Positions 1 through 8,455 of a stretch of DNA of 32,816 bases are shown here, piece after piece. A program made the position numbers and the translations under genes. Origin of the DNA: a bacterium (GTDB lineage: Bacteria; Electryoneota; Electryoneia; Electryoneales; Electryoneaceae); contig JAZDLX010000047.1 in NCBI GenBank assembly GCA_043801585.1, positions 1 to 32,816 on the forward strand, written 5' to 3'. Numbering within the stretch: the stretch's first letter is position 1; every line of letters begins with the position of its first letter. Below the pieces are notes generated by a model, which saw only the letters and a program-made list of their open reading frames with translations, had not been told where the DNA came from and ran no database searches.

Positions 1-180
1 CACATCAACGGAATTGAGAGCTTCTGGGGCTACGCGAAATCTCGTCTTGCCCGCTTTCGTGGAGTGCCTCGAAACACTTTTTATCTGCATCTTAAAGAAT
101 GTGAGTTCCGCTTCAACAACAGACGCGAAGATCTATACCAACTGCTCTTGAAAATCCTTCGCGATAATCCCCTGTTCTAG
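1..180 (+). mobile_element. 3' end of IS1595-family (IS1016-like) DDE transposase, truncated by window edge
   Basis: Frame 1 reads HINGIESFWGYAKSRLARFRGVPRNTFYLHLKECEFRFNNRREDLYQLLLKILRDNPLF*. HINGIEsFW..K and YL.E.EFRFN are the typical IS1595-family C-terminal motifs. Not in the supplied ORF track. Confidence 0.9.
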
Positions 181-190
181 GGATGATCCT
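170..190 (-). repeat. probable right terminal inverted repeat of the IS1595 element, followed by AT-rich TAATTTAT (possible target duplication)
   Basis: Overlaps the transposase stop codon, as in IS1016-type elements. Reverse complement reads AGGATCATCCCTAGAACAGGG. The left end lies outside the window, so this cannot be confirmed. Confidence 0.4.
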
Positions 191-205
191 TAATTTATCC
201 ACGAT

Positions 206-239
206 AAAAAACGCCGCCTCCCATTTGGAAGACGGCGTT
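206..239 (-). terminator. intrinsic terminator of the Myb-like repeat gene
   Basis: AACGCCG...CGGCGTT stem. The two plus-strand C/A mismatches become G-U pairs on the minus strand, followed by a T6 tract. Confidence 0.75.
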
Positions 240-257
240 GTATTTTCATCGAAACAA

Positions 258-1037
258 TCAACGGCCAACCTTGCGGCGCTTGATCTCCAGCGCCTGCCAC
301 CCCTTCTTCGTCATCACCATCAAGTGGGTGTCGGTGGTGCCATCGAGGTTGTAGGTGTGTTCCTCGTTGCGCTTGCGCACCGTGGTCATCGACATCGAAA
401 CCTGGGGAGTGCGCGGCTTGCGGTGGCGCGTAACCGACTGCAACGATTTCTTCGGCGCTTCGCCCCTTTGGCGCGGGATGTGCAGGGTCGGGCGGCGCTT
501 CTCCTTGACGCTCGCGAATTTTTGCACCACGAGCTGCTTCGAGATGCCAAAATGCTCGGCCATCGCATCGGGCCCGAGATCCTCGTAATGCTGAAGCAGG
601 AAGTTTTCGTCCTCTTCGGTCCAGTGACGAGGGCCGACCTGAAGCTGCTCCGCCTCGCTCATCCCCTTGTCCGGAACCAACTCAGCGGCCTTGTGCTTGA
701 TCTTGCCGTACTTGACCCGAACAGCCTTCTTGGTCACCCCGAAATGCTTCGCCAGTTCGTCGAGGGACATCGTGTTGTAGTTGGCGAGCAGGTAGCGCTC
801 GTCATCCTCGGACCATTTGCGGGGACCGCGCGGCTGGTTTCCCGGCGCCGGAGTCGGCGGTTCATCGGGAGCCTTCTTGGCGAGCTGGTGAAAATCGGGA
901 CGGTCGCGCAATTTCCCGTATTTCACACGGACGGCCTTCTTGGAAACGCCAAACTGCTTCGCCAGCTCCTCAATGGGAACCTTGTTGTAATTGGCGACGA
1001 GATACGCCTCGTCTTCCGGGGTCCACTTCTTCGGCAT
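258..1037 (-). CDS. protein with three tandem SANT/Myb- or GcrA-like HTH repeats and a basic C-terminal region; putative DNA-binding protein
   Basis: Repeats WTPEDEAYLVANY..ELAKQFGVSKKAVRVKYGK, WSEDDERYLLANY..ELAKHFGVTKKAVRVKYGK and WTEEDENFLLQHY..AMAEHFGISKQLVVQKF. AAGGAG lies 5 nt before ATG 1037. Confidence 0.75.
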   Translation of the reverse strand: MPKKWTPEDEAYLVANYNKVPIEELAKQFGVSKKAVRVKYGKLRDRPDFHQLAKKAPDEPPTPAPGNQPRGPRKWSEDDERYLLANYNTMSLDELAKHFGVTKKAVRVKYGKIKHKAAELVPDKGMSEAEQLQVGPRHWTEEDENFLLQHYEDLGPDAMAEHFGISKQLVVQKFASVKEKRRPTLHIPRQRGEAPKKSLQSVTRHRKPRTPQVSMSMTTVRKRNEEHTYNLDGTTDTHLMVMTKKGWQALEIKRRKVGR

Positions 1038-1243
1038 GATCACTCCTTATGAAAACCCGTATAAAGCGGCGTGAAGATGGGGCCGTAGAGAGCTCCGGAG
1101 CAAGGAGGAGAGATAAATCGTGGTCTCCTAGAGACCGATTTCGCTTCGTAGTTGTCATAGCAACCAACGGTTTTTTCAGCTCTTTGCGGCTGCGAGCGAC
1201 CAAATCAATCTTCCGTTATGGAGGCAGGTTTTGAAAATCGCAC

Positions 1244-1272
1244 TTGCTTTCAACAACCGGTTCAGTTATACT
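1244..1272 (+). promoter_or_regulatory. sigma70-type promoter of the tetR-MMPL operon
   Basis: TTGCTT-N17-TATACT. Confidence 0.6.
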
Positions 1273-1281
1273 TCAAACAGC

Positions 1282-1306
1282 AAAACGATAATTGCTTATT
1301 CGTTTT
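1282..1306. promoter_or_regulatory. imperfect palindrome just downstream of the promoter; candidate TetR operator
   Basis: AAAACGATAA-TTGC-TTATTCGTTTT. Confidence 0.45.
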
Positions 1307-1349
1307 ATAGTTTTCCCGTTTAGTCGTTTTACTGTCCTTGGAGTAAAAC

Positions 1350-2036
1350 ATGGAAGATCAACAACACAATGCATCCGCCCTGTCCGATCAGCCTTCGCAA
1401 CCTCTGACTCCCGAGGAGCGAGAGTACGCCAAACGCGTGCAGTTTTTCCAGGCCGCTGAACCGCTTTTTGAACGGTTTGGATACAGGAAAACGACGGTCG
1501 AGGAAATCTGTGAGGCGACACAGGCTTCCAAACGCACGTTTTATGAACTTTTCAAGGATAAAGCCGACATCTTCATCCAGCTTCTGCTTCACGTCACCAA
1601 TGAGATGATCGAGGATTACAAGGTGCGTAATACTCCTGAATCCACGGCAATACAAAGACTTAACCTCTATCTGGACGCCTATATGGACACGGTGCACAAT
1701 CGGCCGGTTTTTCGTCTCATCCTGGAAGATCCGAAACTGCTGCAAAAACTGACCGGCGGGGGGGAAACGGGCACAGTGCAGATCATGGAGAGCGTGCAGG
1801 CCTTCACTGAATTGATTCAGTATGGCATCGAGACTGGAGAATTCAGACCGTTGAACCCGGATGTGATCACCTGGGTGATCCACGCGCTGATGGATGGTCT
1901 TTATCTGCTTGGATCCGAGATGGAACCGAGTGAGGGATATATCGATACCCCGGAGTTCGAGCAGGAAGTACGCGCCTTTATCCTGAACGGACTGGGTGTC
2001 CGGGTTCCCGGTGTTTCGGAACAGCACCAGCAATGA
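1350..2036 (+). CDS. TetR/AcrR family transcriptional regulator
   Basis: N-terminal HTH AAEPLFERFGYRKTTVEEICEATQASKRTFYELFKDK; C-terminal GIETGEFRPLNP; GGAG RBS. Confidence 0.92.
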   Translation: MEDQQHNASALSDQPSQPLTPEEREYAKRVQFFQAAEPLFERFGYRKTTVEEICEATQASKRTFYELFKDKADIFIQLLLHVTNEMIEDYKVRNTPESTAIQRLNLYLDAYMDTVHNRPVFRLILEDPKLLQKLTGGGETGTVQIMESVQAFTELIQYGIETGEFRPLNPDVITWVIHALMDGLYLLGSEMEPSEGYIDTPEFEQEVRAFILNGLGVRVPGVSEQHQQ

Positions 2037-2151
2037 CACAAGGGCTGTCATCTCTCATCCACGCAATGTGACAGAAGTGTCACCAGGAATGTCCAGCTGT
2101 CCATTGCAGGGTGAAGAGTCGGGATGCACATCTAAGGTTGCGGAGATGGTG

Positions 2152-4899
2152 ATGAGCAACGGTAAACACTGGTCGTACCCACTGGCAAAAGTCACCACCG
2201 GGAGGCCGGGCCTGATTCTCCTCGTAATCTTCGTGATCACAGTGATAGCTGGATGGTTGTCGAGCGGGCTGACGGTCAACATGCAGATGGCGAACATGCT
2301 TCCCTCCAGTTCGACCATCGCGCGCAATTACCTGGACATCTCGAACCGTTTCGCTGAGAACAACACTTTGATCGCCATCGAAGGGCGGCGCGACTCGATT
2401 GTCGCATTCGCAGAGGCAATCGAACCCCGCCTGCACGAGATGGAAGACCTGTATAACGTCCAAGCCCGGTTCCCCGTCGATTACACCTTCGCCCACGGTC
2501 TGATGCTGCAAAAGCCGAAAGACCTCGACCGTTCCCTGCAGTCCCTTGACGACCCCAGCCTGATCGGCGTTCTGCGCGGCATCAACGACGACTATGAGCG
2601 GGAATACTCCGACGACGAGGGAAATTTGAAGCGGGACGAAATCCAGATCGCTCATTCGATGCTTGGCACCCACCGCTCACTTGAAGTGCTGCTCGCCAAT
2701 CTCGAGGGTCAGCCTGACGCACCCCCCATCGAGGAGGCTGTGGACGCATGGCTCGTCGGCGATCCGTGGAACCTCTCCCTCGACCGGAGGATGCTGCTGA
2801 TCACCATCGCGCCTCAATCCGGATTGATGGAACAGGAGGGATTGATAGCCACGGCGGACCACCTGGAAGCTCTGTTGGCTGAATTCCGTCCCAAGTTCCC
2901 CGGAGTGGAGGCCAACCTGACGGGAAACGGCCCCCTCCAGCGTGATGAAACGAACAGCATGAATCAGAACACCATCCTGCTCTCGCTCGTCGCATTGTTG
3001 CTTGTTTACCTGCTGCTGGCCCGAAACTGGCACGGATGGCTGATCCCGATTCTCGCTCTGCTTCCGTTGATTGTTGGTATCGTCTGGACGATGGCAGGTG
3101 TGCGGCTGCTGTTCGGCACACTCAACATGTTCACCGCGATGATCATGCTGATTTTGATCGGCCTCGGCATCGATTTCTCCATCCATCTGGTCAGCCGTTA
3201 CTACGAGGAACGCGCAGCGGGCAGTTCCATTCCGGATTCCGCCGAGCGGATGCTGGGAAACACGGGCAAGGGCGTGCTGACAGGCGGGTTGACCACGGCG
3301 GCCGCCTTCCTCTCGCTGATGGTCGCCGACTCACGCGGGATCTTCGAACTGGGAGTTTCTGCTGCCCTTGGTGTCGTACTCACGCTGGTGGCGGTGTTCA
3401 TCAGCCTGCCAGCCCTGCTCGCTCTGCGTGACGTGGTTTTCGCCGGAGCCCATGCGCGAAAGCACCACCTGGGCAAAAGAATCTATTCGCACGGTTCCAG
3501 GGTGGGTCTACCCTCGATCGGCAACATCGCCGCCTGGTCCTATCGGCACCGGATCACCACCCTCACTCTTTTCTTGATTCTCGTTGCACTGGCAATCTGG
3601 GGCGCTTTCCGCAATGAAATCCTTTTCGACTGGCTCGAGATGGAACCGGACGGATTGAAGAACATCCAGCTTCAACGGGAGATTCCAAATCGGTTCGGTG
3701 TCACCGACCAGGGAGCCTGGTCGGTCGCAGCCGATCTCGAGCAGGGACGCAAAATGGCGGAAGAGTACAAGGACCTGCCCGCAGTTGGCGACGTCTCGAC
3801 CCTCTCTGACCTGCTCCCGGCTCCCCAATGGATCGACAACAACCGGGCACAGTTGTCGGTATTCCGCAGTCGGATGATGCAGAGGTCCGTGAATGAACGC
3901 ATCGGCGGTGACTGGTCGGACGAACTCGGCGGGGAGATCGACCGTCTCTGGGACAATCTCGACCTGATGAGCAACCTCGCGTTCCAGTCAGGGATCGACC
4001 GCGTCGTCCGGACGATTGACGATATCACCGGCTACAACAGCGAGTCGGACACGACCGACGAGAGCGCCCTGATGCCGCGTCTCTCGGAACTGCTCACCTC
4101 AGGCGTCGATCCGGCAGTTGCGAACAGCGTCGCCAGGCGTTGGCGGACGGCGATGCGAGCCCGATTGATCGGCATGTCAAATCCGGTTCCCCCGACGCTC
4201 GCCGACGTTCCTGACGCTTACCGAAAGGCATTCCTGCCCCGGACGGGAAATGGGATTCTCGTGCTGGTCAATGCCCGGCGCTACCTTTTCAACCGTGAAG
4301 CGATGGAAACGTTCCATAACCAGATCGAGACCATCGACCCGAACGCAGTCAGTTCACCACGTCTCACCATCGCAATGATGGATGAGACCATCCGTGATGG
4401 CAGCGAAGGTGGAATCGTCGCCCTGATCGCGATTGCGCTGCTCCTGCTGCTCCATTTCCGCGGTCCGCTGGGCCTGCTCGCGATCCTTCCCCTGATGGGT
4501 GGATCGGCAATGATGCTCGGTGCGCTCTACCTGGTTGGAATCAAGTACAATTTCATGAACCTGATCGCCGTCCCGATCATTCTTGGGATCGGAATCGACG
4601 ATGGCGTCCACGCACTGCACCGTTGGCGGGAAACGTCCGGTTTCGGCGCCGAACGAATTCGCGAGAGTTACAAATTCGTCGGACGTGCGATTCTGATGAC
4701 CAGCCTGACAACCATGATTGGTTTCGGCAGCCTTGGATTCTATGCCCTGAAAGCCATTTCAACGTTCGGCATTTTCCTCTTCTTTGGCGTGGGTTTCTGT
4801 TTTATCACTTCAATCACCGCCCTCCCCGCAATGATTGGACTGGTTCAGGAGCGGCGTTCGCAGGTCATTTTGAAGGATGTCGAGACTGCGGCATCCTGA
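2152..4899 (+). CDS. MMPL/RND-superfamily (HpnN-like) membrane transporter, paralog 1
   Basis: Two MMPL halves with TM bundles and GLGIDFSIH / GIGIDDGVH motifs, plus large periplasmic loops. Start moved from 1996 to ATG 2152 (GGAG 6 nt upstream). Confidence 0.88.
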   Translation: MSNGKHWSYPLAKVTTGRPGLILLVIFVITVIAGWLSSGLTVNMQMANMLPSSSTIARNYLDISNRFAENNTLIAIEGRRDSIVAFAEAIEPRLHEMEDLYNVQARFPVDYTFAHGLMLQKPKDLDRSLQSLDDPSLIGVLRGINDDYEREYSDDEGNLKRDEIQIAHSMLGTHRSLEVLLANLEGQPDAPPIEEAVDAWLVGDPWNLSLDRRMLLITIAPQSGLMEQEGLIATADHLEALLAEFRPKFPGVEANLTGNGPLQRDETNSMNQNTILLSLVALLLVYLLLARNWHGWLIPILALLPLIVGIVWTMAGVRLLFGTLNMFTAMIMLILIGLGIDFSIHLVSRYYEERAAGSSIPDSAERMLGNTGKGVLTGGLTTAAAFLSLMVADSRGIFELGVSAALGVVLTLVAVFISLPALLALRDVVFAGAHARKHHLGKRIYSHGSRVGLPSIGNIAAWSYRHRITTLTLFLILVALAIWGAFRNEILFDWLEMEPDGLKNIQLQREIPNRFGVTDQGAWSVAADLEQGRKMAEEYKDLPAVGDVSTLSDLLPAPQWIDNNRAQLSVFRSRMMQRSVNERIGGDWSDELGGEIDRLWDNLDLMSNLAFQSGIDRVVRTIDDITGYNSESDTTDESALMPRLSELLTSGVDPAVANSVARRWRTAMRARLIGMSNPVPPTLADVPDAYRKAFLPRTGNGILVLVNARRYLFNREAMETFHNQIETIDPNAVSSPRLTIAMMDETIRDGSEGGIVALIAIALLLLLHFRGPLGLLAILPLMGGSAMMLGALYLVGIKYNFMNLIAVPIILGIGIDDGVHALHRWRETSGFGAERIRESYKFVGRAILMTSLTTMIGFGSLGFYALKAISTFGIFLFFGVGFCFITSITALPAMIGLVQERRSQVILKDVETAAS

Positions 4900-4926
4900 T
4901 CGTGCTTCAGGAAGAAGGAGTTCATC

Positions 4927-7900
4927 ATGCAATCGGCACATCGGAGCTGGGCTTCTGCGATAACACGTCTTGCGACAAGGCAAACGGGTTGGATGCTCCT
5001 GGCAGTTGTTGTGGCGACAGTAGTCGCCGGGGTGCTTTCGGAAAAGCTGCAAATGCGGCTGAATTTTGTCGATCTGCTGCCCGAGCACAACAAAGTCGCC
5101 CAGCAATTTCGCCACGTCCAGGAATTGTACCCGGAGCCCTCCATCGTGATGGTGATCCAGGGAGAACGCGACGACATCACGAAGGCCGCGGATTCCCTCT
5201 CCGCCATCGTCAGCGGTGTTGACGGCATCTACAACGTCGACAACCAAATTCCGGTCGATTGGATCATCGACCATGGCTTCGTGCTGATGAAACCGAAGGA
5301 CTTCGACCGGATGCTGCGTGTCTTTTCCGACCCGTCTCTGATCGGCACCCTGCGCGGATTCAACGACGACTACGAACGTGAGTACACGGACAGCGAGGAC
5401 AATCTCCGCCGCGACGAGCTCCAGGTGGCGCGTTCCCTCCAGGGTGTGCAGCGCAGCCTTGAAGTGCTCGAAGCGAATTTGAAGGGAACTCCCGGCGCTG
5501 CACCCGTTTCGGAGGCGGCCAGGGCGATGCTGGTCGGAGAACCCTACCAGCTCAGTCTCGACCGCAAGATGGCGATGGTTCTGATTTATCCGGATGTCAT
5601 CAGTTTCAAGGACACGGACAAAGCGCTGGCAATCTTTCGAACCGTACAGGAGGCCGTCGCGCCTTTTCAATCCGCACATCCGGAAGTCAAGGTAGAATTC
5701 ACCGGAATTGGTCCCATCGGACAGGCCGAGATGAGTTCGATAGGGACATACACTTACGTGCTGACGCTGATCGCACTGATTCTGATTTATCTGCTCATCG
5801 CCCGGAGCTTCCACGGCTGGGTGCTGCCGATGCTCGGCACGATTCCTCTTATTGTCGGTATCATCTGGACGATGGGCACATTGCAACTCGTCTTCGGCAC
5901 GCTCAACATGATGACCGTAATGATGGGACTGGTTCTACTCGGACTGGGGATCGACTTTACCATCCACATGCTCGCACGTTACAGCGAAGAACGCAGCCAG
6001 GGAGCGGACCTTGAAACAACTCTGGACCGTACGATCGGCGACACCGGAACGGGTGTGCTGACGGGGGCCCTGACAACCGCCGCGGCGTTCTTCGCGCTGA
6101 TGATCGCGGACACAAAAGGCATCTTCGAATTCGGGTTCGCGGCGGGAATCGGAGTCCTTATAACCCTGATGGCCATTTTCATCGCCTTGCCGCCGCTTCT
6201 CGTCCTTCATGAAAAATTCGTTTTGCGAAGGGGGCATGAACTTCACTTTCCCACCCAGGCACGCACCGGGTTTCCAATAATCGGCAAAATTGCTTCCGGA
6301 AGCTGGCACCACCGTTTTCCCGTGTTGATCGTTTTCTTCATTCTTGCGGGGCTGTCGCTGTGGGCCACTACCCACACCCGGTTCGAGTACGACTGGATGA
6401 AACTCGAGCCGCAGAAAGAGCCATCCGTGCAGCTTCAAAGGATTATCCCGGACCGCTTTGGAACTTCTGACCAGGCGGGGTGGGTGATCTCGCCGACCGT
6501 GGAAGCGGCCCGGGAGACCAAGGAAAAACTCCGCAACCTCCCCGCAATCGGTGATGTGATCGCTATCAGCGACCTGATTCCCGCACCAGGAAGGGTTGAT
6601 CAATACGCTCCCAGGCTTGCCGTATTCCGCAGCTCGCTTGAAGCGAAAAAGCCAACAGCATGGAAAGAAGACGACGCAACGCAACTCGCCACAGAAATAT
6701 CACGCCTCTGGGATAACCTCGATCTGATGAGCAACATCGCCTTCCAATCGGGACTGGACCGTGTCGTCAGGGTGATCGACGAGATGACCGGATACCGTAG
6801 CGAGACGAATTCCACAGACCCGGATGCCCTGTTGCCACGTTTGTCCGCAATGCTTGAAGCGGGTGGCGATCCCGACCGGTCATCTGCGACCGCGAGGGAT
6901 TGGGAAGCGGCGATGAAGCAAATGTTGATCCGCATGACAAAGGGCGGCGATGCAACGGTCGCGGATCTCCCCGGGACGACGCGCAAGTCGTTCCTCCCCC
7001 GCGGGGGGGAGGTCAACGGTCCCTACATGACGATGGTCATTCCCCGCAAATACGCCTGGACAAAAGAGGCCGTGGATCGTTTTATCGATCAGACAAGTCC
7101 CGTGGCTCCGGACCTTGTCAGCAACCCGTTACTCTTCATCGTAATGATTCGTGAGACATTGCTTGATGGACGTAACGGCAGCATCCTGGCCTTTTTTGTT
7201 ATTCTGATCCTGTTGCTCATTCATTTCCGTGGACCGATGGGACTTCTCGCTACGGTTCCGCTGATCGGCAGCGCTTTGATGATGCTCGGGGTGATGCACC
7301 TGTTGGGAATGAAGTACAATTACGTCAACCTGATCGCAGTGCCGATCATCCTCGGAATCGGCATCGACGACGGAGTGCATGCCCTGCACCGCTGGCGCAA
7401 GGAGAACACATTGGGGGCTCAACGGGTAAACGACGCGTACCGGCACGTCGGCCGGGCGATCCTGTTGACAAGCCTGACGACGATGATTGGATTCGGCAGC
7501 ATCGGCCTGTATGAAATGCCCGCCATGTCCAGTTTCGGTACGGTCCTGTTCCTCGGTGTCGGATTCTGTTTTATCGCCTCCGTGATCGTACTCCCGGCGG
7601 TGATGCGGGTGCTGCTGCGCGAGCACAAGAAAGGTGATTCATCGATGGACACAACCAAGAGTGCCACCACGGTCGGCATCCTGCTGCTGGCACTCGCCTT
7701 GACGTCCGGGACGGCAAAAGCACAGGGAGCGAACGAAGGTCAGGAATGGTTGAAGAAACTCGACGATGCCGAACGCGTGGATCACTCCTACGGAACGTTC
7801 AGCCAGACAATTACCACATCGACAGGCGCCCAAAGAACGTTGAAGGCAAAATCCTGGTCCGCGGAAAACGGCGACCTGCAATTGATGGTGTACATCGCTC

Positions 7901-8421
7901 CGGCACGTGTGGCCGGGGACAAGATCCTGCAGCGTGACGGCGGCGACAATATCTGGTACTACATGAAACGCCGCGATGTCACACGCCATTTCGTCGGCAC
8001 AGCCCGCCGGCAAAGCGCGATGGGTTCGGACTTCTCCTACGAGGACATGGCACAGGGCGACATGACCAAGGACTACACCGCCGAAACGCTCGGACAGGAA
8101 ACGCTGGATGGGGTCGAGTGCATCAAGCTGAAATGCACGCCAACCGAATCAGGTCCGAGTTACAATCACATTATCATCTGGGCAGGGCTGGAGGATCACC
8201 TGACAAGAAAGATCGACTATTACGACGAGAGCGGACTGCTGAAAACTCTGACGATCTCCAATTTCCAGATGATCGACGGAAGGAAAATGGGGATGTCCAT
8301 GGTGATGAAGAATCAGCGTGAAGGATCGCAGACAGTGATCGAGCAGCATGAGGTGTCGCTGAAAACAGTACCCGATCTGCAGCTTTTCACCAAGTCCGTC
8401 CTGACACAAGAGATTCAGTAA
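4927..8421 (+). CDS. MMPL/RND transporter paralog 2 fused in frame to a C-terminal LolA-like (outer-membrane lipoprotein-sorting type) domain
   Basis: aa 1-906 are colinear with paralog 1 (GLGIDFTIH, GIGIDDGVH). From ATG 7645 there is a signal-peptide-like segment, then APARVAGDKIL..WYY..RQSAMGSDFSYEDM..KIDYYD..G.LLKTL, typical of LolA_like proteins. AAGGAG RBS. Confidence 0.85.
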   Translation: MQSAHRSWASAITRLATRQTGWMLLAVVVATVVAGVLSEKLQMRLNFVDLLPEHNKVAQQFRHVQELYPEPSIVMVIQGERDDITKAADSLSAIVSGVDGIYNVDNQIPVDWIIDHGFVLMKPKDFDRMLRVFSDPSLIGTLRGFNDDYEREYTDSEDNLRRDELQVARSLQGVQRSLEVLEANLKGTPGAAPVSEAARAMLVGEPYQLSLDRKMAMVLIYPDVISFKDTDKALAIFRTVQEAVAPFQSAHPEVKVEFTGIGPIGQAEMSSIGTYTYVLTLIALILIYLLIARSFHGWVLPMLGTIPLIVGIIWTMGTLQLVFGTLNMMTVMMGLVLLGLGIDFTIHMLARYSEERSQGADLETTLDRTIGDTGTGVLTGALTTAAAFFALMIADTKGIFEFGFAAGIGVLITLMAIFIALPPLLVLHEKFVLRRGHELHFPTQARTGFPIIGKIASGSWHHRFPVLIVFFILAGLSLWATTHTRFEYDWMKLEPQKEPSVQLQRIIPDRFGTSDQAGWVISPTVEAARETKEKLRNLPAIGDVIAISDLIPAPGRVDQYAPRLAVFRSSLEAKKPTAWKEDDATQLATEISRLWDNLDLMSNIAFQSGLDRVVRVIDEMTGYRSETNSTDPDALLPRLSAMLEAGGDPDRSSATARDWEAAMKQMLIRMTKGGDATVADLPGTTRKSFLPRGGEVNGPYMTMVIPRKYAWTKEAVDRFIDQTSPVAPDLVSNPLLFIVMIRETLLDGRNGSILAFFVILILLLIHFRGPMGLLATVPLIGSALMMLGVMHLLGMKYNYVNLIAVPIILGIGIDDGVHALHRWRKENTLGAQRVNDAYRHVGRAILLTSLTTMIGFGSIGLYEMPAMSSFGTVLFLGVGFCFIASVIVLPAVMRVLLREHKKGDSSMDTTKSATTVGILLLALALTSGTAKAQGANEGQEWLKKLDDAERVDHSYGTFSQTITTSTGAQRTLKAKSWSAENGDLQLMVYIAPARVAGDKILQRDGGDNIWYYMKRRDVTRHFVGTARRQSAMGSDFSYEDMAQGDMTKDYTAETLGQETLDGVECIKLKCTPTESGPSYNHIIIWAGLEDHLTRKIDYYDESGLLKTLTISNFQMIDGRKMGMSMVMKNQREGSQTVIEQHEVSLKTVPDLQLFTKSVLTQEIQ

Positions 8422-8455
8422 GCTGGACAACCAAAACACTGTGCAGAGAGGCACC

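Noticed and set aside
183..1052. 289-aa plus-strand ORF
   Set aside because: Antisense shadow of the Myb-repeat gene, which has the RBS, repeats and terminator.
1996..2151. N-terminal extension of MMPL1 overlapping tetR
   Set aside because: No counterpart in paralog 2; better RBS before ATG 2152.
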